A DNA stretch of 64,000 bases from Alphaproteobacteria bacterium. Its GTDB lineage: Bacteria; Pseudomonadota; Alphaproteobacteria; UBA11073. The DNA lies in assembly GCA_965246755.1 (NCBI GenBank), contig OZ251979.1, forward strand, positions 649,089 through 713,088, in the 5' to 3' direction. Shown piece after piece: positions 1 through 7,896 of this stretch. Numbering within the stretch: the first letter of the stretch is position 1; every line of letters starts with the position of its first letter. The notes under the pieces are model-generated. The model was not told where the DNA came from. It made no database searches and saw only the letters and a list, made by a program, of their open reading frames with translations. A program made the translations under genes and the position numbers.

Positions 1-389
1 CGCGCATATTGGGCGCGACCTATGGGCGTTTGCAATCGGAACTGCTGACGCCATTGATGTTGCGCGCGATCAGCATTTTGCAGCGCCGTGGTGAAATCCC
101 GCTGCTGCCGATTGACGGGCGCATGATTGAACTGGATTACCGTTCGCCATTGGCCATGGCGCAAGGCCAGCGCGATGTGCAGAATATTTTGCAGTGGTTG
201 CAAAGCGCGGCGACGCTGAACACCGGCGCGCAGGTCATCGATCAAACCGCAGTGGTGCGTTGGCTCGGCGAGATGTTCGGTGTGCCATCAAACTTGATGA
301 AAATGACCGCACTGCCGGATGCCGCCGCACAGGAAATCAACAGCCTTGCGCAACTGCTAACCGCAGGAGGCCAGCATGCGCAAGCGTGA
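1..389 (+). CDS. Phage portal (head-to-tail connector) protein, C-terminal fragment; 5' end lies outside the window
   Basis: ORF open to window start; position immediately upstream of scaffold-like, capsid, tail-tube and terminase genes in T7-like order; translational overlap with next ORF. Confidence 0.35.
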   Translation, partial: RILGATYGRLQSELLTPLMLRAISILQRRGEIPLLPIDGRMIELDYRSPLAMAQGQRDVQNILQWLQSAATLNTGAQVIDQTAVVRWLGEMFGVPSNLMKMTALPDAAAQEINSLAQLLTAGGQHAQA

Positions 390-663
390 TACCGGTACCG
401 CCGGTTGGCAGTGGTTTGATAAAACCACACTGGATACTCCGGTGGCGGACGACACTGCGCGGCTTTTCACGCAATGTTTCAGCACTCCCGCCGGGACGCG
501 TGTCTTGGACCATCTCAACCAGACCATTTTGTCGCGCAGCCTGCCGCCCACCAGCAGCGCCACAGAATTATTTTACCACGAAGGCCAGCGCGCGACGGTC
601 GCGCTGATCAACACGCTTGTGTCGCGCGGCAAAATCAATCCCACACCCAACCAAGGACAATAA
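376..663 (+). CDS. Hypothetical phage protein (95 aa)
   Basis: ATG overlaps stop of upstream ORF (coupled); co-directional in the structural module; no recognisable motifs. Confidence 0.3.
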   Translation: MRKRDTGTAGWQWFDKTTLDTPVADDTARLFTQCFSTPAGTRVLDHLNQTILSRSLPPTSSATELFYHEGQRATVALINTLVSRGKINPTPNQGQ

Positions 664-666
664 GAC

Positions 667-1389
667 ATGGAACTGAATTTACTGGTCGACAACAACAACG
701 CCAAACCCGCCGCCGGGCGCCCCGCGACTGACCGTCCCGCCGGTGTACCGGGAAAATTCTGGGATGCCGCGCAGGGCACCATCCGCACTGACGCGCTGCT
801 CAAATCCTATCAGGAATTGGAACGCAAATTATCACGCAGCGTTGATCCCGCCAATAAACCGCACATGATGAAAGTGCTGGGTGTGCCGGAGACGGCGGAT
901 GGTTACAACATCAAATGCCCGCACGGTTTTTTTGAAGCCGATGCCAGCATCAACCATATTTTGCATGACAAAAGCTTTACCGAAGACCAGGCACAGACGG
1001 TCTATGATCTCGCCGCCGAACGGTTGGTGCCAATGATTTTGGACATCGCCCAGGAATTCAGCGCCGAACATGAACAGGATCGCCTCATTGAACAATTTGG
1101 CGGTGATGCGCAGTGGCGCGAGATCAGCCGTCAGCTGCTGATGTGGGCCAAGGCGCATCTGCCGGAGGAGGCGGTCAAGGGTTTATCGACCACCTATCAG
1201 GGCGTCATGGCGCTGTACAAAATGATGCAGAATGACGAACCGACGTCGCTCAAGCCGGACGGCACCGCGCGCGGCGCCGATGACATCAATGACATGGTCA
1301 AAGACCCGCGTTATTGGCAGCAAAAGGACCCTGCCTATATTGCGGAGGTCACCGCGGCCTTTAAACGCCGGTATAACGGACAATTATAG
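667..1389 (+). CDS. Putative capsid assembly (scaffolding) protein
   Basis: 240-aa acidic/helical protein between portal and capsid genes, the gp9 position in T7-like layout; assignment by synteny only. Confidence 0.3.
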   Translation: MELNLLVDNNNAKPAAGRPATDRPAGVPGKFWDAAQGTIRTDALLKSYQELERKLSRSVDPANKPHMMKVLGVPETADGYNIKCPHGFFEADASINHILHDKSFTEDQAQTVYDLAAERLVPMILDIAQEFSAEHEQDRLIEQFGGDAQWREISRQLLMWAKAHLPEEAVKGLSTTYQGVMALYKMMQNDEPTSLKPDGTARGADDINDMVKDPRYWQQKDPAYIAEVTAAFKRRYNGQL

Positions 1390-1423
1390 ATAACAGGCAT
1401 GGGGCGCGAGGCATGAAAGTGTT

Positions 1424-3118
1424 TTGCGCCTCGCTTTTTTAAACCGCACATTCACACAAAGATTTTTCACTATGCTTTTTGACAGTTTTACAACCAAGAC
1501 AAAACCCGACCCGTTTGGGCGTTTGGGTTTTGGCGATACGGTGACAGACGATGCCGATGGCGGCGATGGCTTTATTGGCGCGCTGCGCGACACTTGGCCA
1601 GATACAAAAGCTATATTTTCTGGTGATGACACCTATGTCAGCAAAAAGCAACAGCAGGATAATGACCCTTATCTGATTTCAGAATTCGCAACGTCAACGG
1701 GCAATACCGGCAGCAGTGACGACGGCTGCTTTGGCAGCGCGCCGCGCAAACAAGCCAAATCAAAAAGCAATGGCGGCCTGTTCGATTATATCGTCAATGT
1801 CATCGACGATAGTTTCGGTTATGAGGTGGGGCGCAACAAAACCAACCGCCGGCGCGATGTAGCGCCGGTGGAAACGCTGCTGCATGGCAATGGCTATTAC
1901 AATCTGGATAAAACCGCCGGCCCTACTGGCTATTTCAGCAATGGCCTCGAGGATGCCATTGAAACTTTTCAAGCGGATAAAGGCCTCAAAAAAGACGGTT
2001 ATTTGGAACCCAAAGGCGACACCATTACTAGTCTTATCGGCAGCTTAAGCCAGGCTGCCGCGCGCGGCGTTGGCAGCCTGTTTAGTTCGGTCTTCAGCGG
2101 CTTAGGCAGTGCCGCCGATGCGGTGGGGGATACAGTATCCAGTGCAGCCCGAGACGTCACTAATGCGGGCGGCAGCCTCCTGCACGGCCTGGGCGATGAT
2201 ATCAGCGACGCTGCGGACAGCATTGACAGCACCATCAGCGGCTGGTTTGGTGAGGATAAAACTAACGATAATAAAGTTATCACAACCGATGGCGCCATTA
2301 CGCGCAGCAGCGCGCAAGCAATTGATTTACCGCCGCTTGGGGCCGTGCAAAAGAACAAAGCTGCAGCGACAGAGCCAGTGGATTTCGGCCAGCTTGTGCA
2401 AAGCATAGCGGATGAAACCAGCCAAAATAATTTTGATTTGTCATCTGGAAAGAACAACAGTTTTGATAATCTTATTAGGAAAGTTGCTGATGAAGGCAAG
2501 CAAACTATTTTAGTTGGCGTCGATGATAAGGAAATTAAAGATCTCGTGATTAAACATGAAAAAGATGTACCTTATTTATACAAAGATAGTCTAGGCAACA
2601 TTACAGTTGGTACGGGAATTATGTTGCCAAGTGTGCAAGAAGCTCAAAAACTGCCTTTTGAAATAAAACAGGAAGATGGAACGGTACGTCCAGCGACTAG
2701 TAATGAAATAAAAACTGTGTTTGATAAAGTAAAAGCTACTACGGGTAATGTTGATACAGATTATCAAACCAAAAAATTAGGATTACCTGATCTTCAATTA
2801 AATCCCACTGCAAGTGATAAAAAACTACATGAAAAGCTTGAACAGTCTGTTTTAGAATTGCAAAAGAAATTCCCTGATTTTGACAGTTATCCTGAATCGG
2901 CTAAAATTGCTTTGATGGATATGGAATATAACATGGGTAGCAAGTTCCAAGAACATCGCATTGACGCTCAAACAGGAAAAGATAAGGGTTGGCCAGACTT
3001 CTGGAAAGCAGTCAAAGAACAGGATTGGGACACAGCTGCTGAACAATCGCATCGCTGGCAGGTCGGCACGGATAGAAACAGTGATACCGCAACACGTTTT
3101 AGAAAGGCAAAACGCTAG
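1424..3118 (+). CDS. Virion-associated peptidoglycan hydrolase: N-terminal PG-binding domain, Gly/Ser-rich linker, C-terminal T4-lysozyme-like (GH24) domain
   Basis: PG_binding_1-like segment (LEDAIETFQADKGLKKDGYLEPKGDTITSL). C-terminal ~170 aa align to T4 lysozyme: YLYKDSLGNITVGTGIML vs IYKDTEGYYTIGIGHLL; ALMDMEYNMG vs ALINMVFQMG; WDTAAEQSHRWQ vs WDEAAVNLAKSRWYNQ. Sharp GC drop after ~nt 2400. True start may be Met17 (nt 1472). Confidence 0.6.
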   Translation: MRLAFLNRTFTQRFFTMLFDSFTTKTKPDPFGRLGFGDTVTDDADGGDGFIGALRDTWPDTKAIFSGDDTYVSKKQQQDNDPYLISEFATSTGNTGSSDDGCFGSAPRKQAKSKSNGGLFDYIVNVIDDSFGYEVGRNKTNRRRDVAPVETLLHGNGYYNLDKTAGPTGYFSNGLEDAIETFQADKGLKKDGYLEPKGDTITSLIGSLSQAAARGVGSLFSSVFSGLGSAADAVGDTVSSAARDVTNAGGSLLHGLGDDISDAADSIDSTISGWFGEDKTNDNKVITTDGAITRSSAQAIDLPPLGAVQKNKAAATEPVDFGQLVQSIADETSQNNFDLSSGKNNSFDNLIRKVADEGKQTILVGVDDKEIKDLVIKHEKDVPYLYKDSLGNITVGTGIMLPSVQEAQKLPFEIKQEDGTVRPATSNEIKTVFDKVKATTGNVDTDYQTKKLGLPDLQLNPTASDKKLHEKLEQSVLELQKKFPDFDSYPESAKIALMDMEYNMGSKFQEHRIDAQTGKDKGWPDFWKAVKEQDWDTAAEQSHRWQVGTDRNSDTATRFRKAKR

Positions 3119-3621
3119 CGCGAAAAAGTTGATCCTCTGCGCTCTGCTTCGGCGCCGCATCGGCTATCTGGCCCTATTTTTGTCCAGAGCCTTGCGGCAT
3201 CAAAACTTTCCCATTCTTCGGTTAACGCATCATGACAGCCAGGCAAATCCTTTGTTATTTCCATCAGATATAATATTTTGTTATCTGGATTTTTTTCAAT
3301 GGTATAATGAACATACTCGTAAAAATTTTTGTCTTTATATTTTTCTTTGGTTAATACATATATTTCATTATCGTTGCTAACATGTATGATTTTATATTCT
3401 TTAGTCACATATATCTTTGAATTATTTTTATGGTGACAACATAAAAATTTTGGGTTTTCTATGTAAATAAGCCGACCTTCCTTAGTGAATTGTATTCCTA
3501 CATCATCCATCGCGCGACTATAAGGATGCCATAATCCTAAGAATCCTGCGGGAAGACTTTCTTTTGCCATGACGGGCCTGCAGAAATATAAAAACACTAA
3601 AATGGTCAGCATTATTTTCAT
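3115..3621 (-). CDS. Secreted protein of unknown function, CC-HH motif family (paralog A)
   Basis: N-terminal signal peptide (MKIMLTILVFLYFCRPVMA); shares LGLWxPxSR...NPxFLCCHH(K/R) motifs with neighbouring ORF; ~35% GC island. Confidence 0.45.
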   Translation of the reverse strand: MKIMLTILVFLYFCRPVMAKESLPAGFLGLWHPYSRAMDDVGIQFTKEGRLIYIENPKFLCCHHKNNSKIYVTKEYKIIHVSNDNEIYVLTKEKYKDKNFYEYVHYTIEKNPDNKILYLMEITKDLPGCHDALTEEWESFDAARLWTKIGPDSRCGAEAERRGSTFSR

Positions 3622-3814
3622 GGCAAAAATATCATAAGTGCCAGCTTTTATCTATGCAATATAATATTTGTAGCGGTAAGTTTAATGAAGATAAATGGCC
3701 CGGTTTCTTTGAGGCTGTACAAGAAGGGGGACTGGGATACTGCAGCTTTAGAATCTCACCGCAAAGATGTACAGCCGTCTAGGAATCAAAATATTTATGA
3801 CTTACTATCCAATA

Positions 3815-4321
3815 TCATGGAGTAATCCTTGCATAAGTTTCAATATTTCCTTCTTTACAATTTTTACAATCAGCTACGCTATCTAGCCATTTTGTAAAAC
3901 GCTCAATATTAGGATATTCCCACTCGTTTAACGGCAATTTGTCCCAATTAAGGTGTGTTACCGATAAATTTTGATTATAAGTATAACGAGTGTTCTCTAT
4001 TTTTAATTCGATATAATGATATTCGGGCAATTCTCCCTTTTCTTGTTCTTTGACGATCAAATAAATTTGATGCGGCGGTGCTGGCACATCCAAAACTTTA
4101 AAAGCATCAGTTTGGATGACTTGAGGTTTGTCGCGATGATGGCAACATAAAAAGGCCGGATTTTGTATATGAACGATTTTGTTACCCTCTATTTTGAGGC
4201 CGATATCCAGCGAAGTCCGGCTAAGCGGTGTCCATAATCCTAAAAACTCCTGGCAATGTCTCGCTGCATAAGCCGGTAATGACAAAATTAAGAGGAGCAA
4301 AACTGTAATACGTTGGCGCAT
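3815..4321 (-). CDS. Secreted protein of unknown function, CC-HH motif family (paralog B)
   Basis: Signal peptide MRQRITVLLLLILSLPAYA (start chosen at internal Met; track ORF extends to 4363); conserved FLGLWTPLSR...NPAFLCCHHRDK; low GC. Confidence 0.45.
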   Translation of the reverse strand: MRQRITVLLLLILSLPAYAARHCQEFLGLWTPLSRTSLDIGLKIEGNKIVHIQNPAFLCCHHRDKPQVIQTDAFKVLDVPAPPHQIYLIVKEQEKGELPEYHYIELKIENTRYTYNQNLSVTHLNWDKLPLNEWEYPNIERFTKWLDSVADCKNCKEGNIETYARITP

Positions 4322-4410
4322 GGTGATCTCGGTTGTCATCGCAATATAGCTGACGTAAATCATTTGAATAGATTAAACAGGGGTTAGCAAGGTTAATGTG
4401 AATATCTAAT

Positions 4411-4866
4411 ATGAGTCCAACTATAAACCTTTTTACCATCGGTTTCGCCGGCTGGCGCGCGGCGGCGTTTTTTGCGCGGCTGCGCGATGCCGGTGTGGCC
4501 AAAGTCATCGATACGCGGCGCTGGCCGTCCACGCAGCTGTCGGGCTTTGCCAAGCAGCAAGACCTGTCGTATTTTTTGCGCGAACTGGTGCAGATTGATT
4601 ATGAGCATAATCTGCTGCTGGCGCCCACCAAGGAATTGCTGGATGACGGTAAGGCGAAACGCCTTGATTGGGATGAATATACCGGGCGTTATCTGGCGCT
4701 GCTTGCCGAACGTGACGTCGCGGCGGTGCTAAGACCCGCCAGCCTGCACAATGCCTGTTTGTTATGCACCGAACATGACGCCGCACATTGCCACCGCCGC
4801 CTGCTGGCAGAATATTTGCAACAGGCCTGGGCGGGACGATATGAAATCACCATCAGCCACTTATGA
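4411..4866 (+). CDS. DUF488 family protein
   Basis: N-terminal LFTIGFAGW...FFARLRDAGVAKVIDTRRWP pattern typical of DUF488 (YeaO-like) proteins; host-like GC inside moron island. Confidence 0.55.
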   Translation: MSPTINLFTIGFAGWRAAAFFARLRDAGVAKVIDTRRWPSTQLSGFAKQQDLSYFLRELVQIDYEHNLLLAPTKELLDDGKAKRLDWDEYTGRYLALLAERDVAAVLRPASLHNACLLCTEHDAAHCHRRLLAEYLQQAWAGRYEITISHL

Positions 4867-4883
4867 TGATTGAGGATTGCCCA

Positions 4884-5696
4884 CTACAGACCAAATTCAC
4901 TTTTCCAAGCCGCCGCCTGGTTGCGTGACAGTTTTTGCAATGAATTGGTGCCGGTTTCCGGGATTTTGATGCCCAGCGCCTGTGCGTTGGCGCGGCGTTG
5001 TGCAGCGCGGCGCATTTTGGCATTCATGGCTGGTTGGTTGGCTGGTACTGGTTTAGCAGACAATATTGCCTCACCCGAAAAATTGGTTACTGGCAATATT
5101 GACGGCAGTGCGGAAGGTACGCGAACCGCGGCGGGTGCTGCCACTTTTGATACGGCACGTTTTAAATTCGGCTCTGGTAAATCTTTATGTGATATTGCCA
5201 ATCTTAATTTTGGATAAATCTGACCTTCCATCAAATTTTTCTTATTATGTGAACCTGTTATTGCATCATCCCTAAACTGCATCGCAACGCTATCATCATA
5301 AACATAGCCGTTTTGTCGGTAGGCCGCAGCGACGCGGCTGCAAAACTCCAAATTAGCGCTGCGGTTAAGTTCACTTGTAAATTCTGGCACTGCAAAATTC
5401 AGCTTGCCGTCGTCAAAATATATGTGTGTGGAATGTTCGCCATCAGTGCGTTTAACGATGTTAATAGTATCGCCAAAATTTTGTTTTAATGAGGCAAAAA
5501 TTTTGGATCCTGGCCAGGTTTTAACAGGCTGAACCAGTGGCGGCGCGCTGGCAGCTGAGAACAACGCGTAAGCCAGCACACCTATGCCAGAACTAACGGC
5601 AATTGTTTGAGCATGCTGCACGATAGGCTGAACGATTGCGCTTAAGTGCTGCATAAATGATTGTGACAATTTATTTAATCTGGCTTGAAATATCAT
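4884..5696 (-). CDS. Hypothetical membrane-anchored protein (270 aa)
   Basis: Single N-proximal hydrophobic helix (GIGVLAYALFSAASAPP); Ala/Pro-rich C-terminus; no recognisable domain; convergent with DUF488 gene. Confidence 0.35.
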   Translation of the reverse strand: MIFQARLNKLSQSFMQHLSAIVQPIVQHAQTIAVSSGIGVLAYALFSAASAPPLVQPVKTWPGSKIFASLKQNFGDTINIVKRTDGEHSTHIYFDDGKLNFAVPEFTSELNRSANLEFCSRVAAAYRQNGYVYDDSVAMQFRDDAITGSHNKKNLMEGQIYPKLRLAISHKDLPEPNLKRAVSKVAAPAAVRVPSALPSILPVTNFSGEAILSAKPVPANQPAMNAKMRRAAQRRANAQALGIKIPETGTNSLQKLSRNQAAAWKSEFGL

Positions 5697-5776
5697 AAGG
5701 TATCCTTGGTTGAATGAATGTTATACGGTGCTTGGCGCTCAGATTTCCACTAATTTATTTACTTGCAAAAATGTTG

Positions 5777-5805
5777 TTGACATAAGGATAAAATTCCTAT
5801 ATAGT
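5777..5805 (+). promoter_or_regulatory. Consensus sigma70-type promoter (TTGACA-17 nt-TATAGT) reading toward the capsid gene
   Basis: TTGACA at 5777-5782, 17-nt spacer, TATAGT at 5800-5805, in AT-rich intergenic DNA about 315 nt upstream of capsid ATG. Confidence 0.4.
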
Positions 5806-6119
5806 ATTTCTTAACAACGGGCAAAATCCGTCTTTTAATGGTGTAAACCATTGAAAAATTGGCTGTCCTTGGGCCGTTCCGGCGGCGCGCTGCATTGACA
5901 GATGTCCACTCCACTATCGCTATTCTGTTGGCTGCTGTCCCCCGCGGCAGTCAACCCAACGCGGCGGCAGCGCGCCCAACCGGCCACCACCTATCACTTT
6001 TGGATTAACCGCGGTTTTTAAACTGCGGCCCGGCATTATCGCCTGAACCCGGCTGCACATGCCGTGCAGAGAACCGCGCGCCAGGCTTGTCCTTCACCCT
6101 TAACAAACAGGTATAGACA

Positions 6120-6938
6120 ATGTCGACCTCTATCGATCAAGCGTTTGTCAAACAATTCGAACGTGAAGTCCATGAAGCGTATCAGCGCATGGGCTCCAAA
6201 CTCCGCCCCACCGTCCGCAGCAAATCCGCTGTCGTCGGCTCATCCGCCGTCTTTCAAAAAGTAGGTGCTGGCACCGCGGCGACCAAATCGCGGCACGGTG
6301 CCGTCCCCGTCATGAATATCGACCATAACGCGGTTGAATGCATGCTGCAGGATTATTATGCCGGTGACTGGGTTGATAAACTGGATGAACTCAAAACCAA
6401 CAATGACGAACGCCAGACTATTGCCAATGCCGGTGCTTACGCCTTGGGCCGCAAGACTGATGATATGATCATCGCGGCGCTTGGGGGCAGCACCAGCTAT
6501 GCCGGTGCGAATACCGACGGTCTGACAAAGGCGAAGGTTTTGACGGCATTTCAAATGCTCGGCAACCTCGATGTGCCGGATGATGAACAACGGTATGCCG
6601 TGGTTGGCTGGCGCCAATGGTCGGATCTCCTCGCCATCGATGAATTCGTCAATGCCGATTACGTCGGTGACGATCAGATGCCGTTCAAGGGCAGTCAGGC
6701 CAAACGCTGGCTCGGCACCTTATGGATCCCACATTCGGGTCTCACCGCCACGGCCGGCGTGCGTAACTGTTTTTGGTACCACAAAACGGCGATCGGCCAT
6801 GCGTCCGGCGCCGATGTGCAAACCGATGTCAGCTGGCACGGCGACCGCGCGTCCTATTTCGTCAATAGCATGATGAGCCAGGGCGCGACATTGATCGATG
6901 CCAACGGCATCGTCACGCTGCGCTGCCTCGAATCTTAA
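6120..6938 (+). CDS. Major capsid protein (podovirus type)
   Basis: Position after scaffold-like gene and before tail-tube genes; composition and N-terminal pattern resemble T7/phiKMV-group capsid proteins; followed by a hairpin as in T7. Confidence 0.55.
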   Translation: MSTSIDQAFVKQFEREVHEAYQRMGSKLRPTVRSKSAVVGSSAVFQKVGAGTAATKSRHGAVPVMNIDHNAVECMLQDYYAGDWVDKLDELKTNNDERQTIANAGAYALGRKTDDMIIAALGGSTSYAGANTDGLTKAKVLTAFQMLGNLDVPDDEQRYAVVGWRQWSDLLAIDEFVNADYVGDDQMPFKGSQAKRWLGTLWIPHSGLTATAGVRNCFWYHKTAIGHASGADVQTDVSWHGDRASYFVNSMMSQGATLIDANGIVTLRCLES

Positions 6939-6955
6939 GCAAGGAGAACTGCAAC

Positions 6956-7228
6956 ATGGCTTTTTCATCACAAAACCTCAGTGTCCTGGCTTATGCGAAC
7001 GGCTTTACGCTGTGGCACTATAAATCCAATCCGGATGCAGCAACCACCATCGACACCACCGGTTATTTCAATAGCGCTGCCAATTTGTTACGCGTTGGAG
7101 ACATGATCATGGCGAATACCGCGACCGGCAGTACCCGCATCGATGGTATTTTTATCGTAACATCCAATACCGGCAGCGTCGTTGACGTTGCCAACATCAA
7201 CCAGTTGAACAACACGAATACCGATTAA
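6956..7228 (+). CDS. Small hypothetical virion protein (90 aa)
   Basis: Good SD (AAGGAGAA) 8 nt upstream; immediately downstream of capsid gene; Thr/Asn-rich. Confidence 0.3.
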   Translation: MAFSSQNLSVLAYANGFTLWHYKSNPDAATTIDTTGYFNSAANLLRVGDMIMANTATGSTRIDGIFIVTSNTGSVVDVANINQLNNTNTD

Positions 7229-7233
7229 GGATG

Positions 7234-7307
7234 CTGGAAGCTGGAGACAGGAGGCTGGATTTTTCAGCACCTGTTTCCTTCCAGCTTCCACTTTTCAGCC
7301 TCCCGCT
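7234..7307 (+). terminator. Nested hairpin (putative terminator/attenuator) downstream of capsid genes
   Basis: 11-bp arms TGGAAGCTGGA (7235-7245) / TCCAGCTTCCA (7280-7290), inner ACAGG/CCTGT pair, alternative GGAGGCTG/CAGCCTCC pairing, followed by T-rich tract; mirrors terminator placement after gene 10 in T7. Confidence 0.35.
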
Positions 7308-7326
7308 TCTTTCCAAAGGAAAATAA

Positions 7327-7896
7327 ATGTCTCTTTCCGCAATCGCGCTGTGCTCCCGCGCGCTGCTCCGTATTGGCGCGCATGCCATCAACAGTTTCGA
7401 TGACGCGACGATGGAGTCTGATCTGGCCGCCGCCTTTTACACACCGGTGCGCGACGGCCTTTTGTCAGCCTATGGCTGGAGCTTTGCCACCGCGCAGGTC
7501 ACGCTCAACCGCCTGACTGCGTCGCCATTGGCGGATTACGATTATGCGTTTGAACTGCCCAATGATTATCTGCGCGCGTTATCTGCTGGGGTGCCGGGCG
7601 CTGGCCGCGGCACCGCGTTTCGCATTTTTCAAAATCAGCTGCATGCCAATAATGAAGCGGTTATTTTAACCTATATCGCCCGCGTCGCCGAAGTGGATTG
7701 CCCGCCGTTTTTTGACAGCGTGCTGCTGGCGCGGTTGACCGCGGAATTTTGCATCCCGTTGACCGAAAGCACCAGCCGCGCGCAGATATTGTTCACGCAA
7801 GCGGAAGCCGAGTTCAAACGCGCCAAATCTATCGACGCGCAGCAGGATACACCGGCGGCGCTTGACGATTTCACCTTGATCGGGGTGCGCAATTGA
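7327..7896 (+). CDS. Tail tubular protein A (gp11-like adaptor)
   Basis: 189 aa (T7 gp11 is 196 aa), immediately after capsid block and translationally coupled to next gene; weak pattern similarity to gp11. Confidence 0.5.
   Translation: MSLSAIALCSRALLRIGAHAINSFDDATMESDLAAAFYTPVRDGLLSAYGWSFATAQVTLNRLTASPLADYDYAFELPNDYLRALSAGVPGAGRGTAFRIFQNQLHANNEAVILTYIARVAEVDCPPFFDSVLLARLTAEFCIPLTESTSRAQILFTQAEAEFKRAKSIDAQQDTPAALDDFTLIGVRN

Noticed and set aside
9-389. Treating ORF 9-389 as a complete 126-aa gene
   Set aside because: Reading frame is open to the window edge and gene context (portal position) implies a large protein whose start lies upstream of the window.
194-607. Opposite-frame/antisense ORFs of 60-250 aa inside GC-rich genes (e.g. 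194-607, 2109-2408, 9251-9787, 18615-19214 inside pnp, 27287-28363 and 29212-29916 inside infB, 31146-31796 inside nusA, 36837-37469 inside glmS)
   Set aside because: Arg/Ala/Pro-rich translations with no motifs, fully nested in well-supported genes on the other strand or frame; typical spurious ORFs of high-GC DNA.
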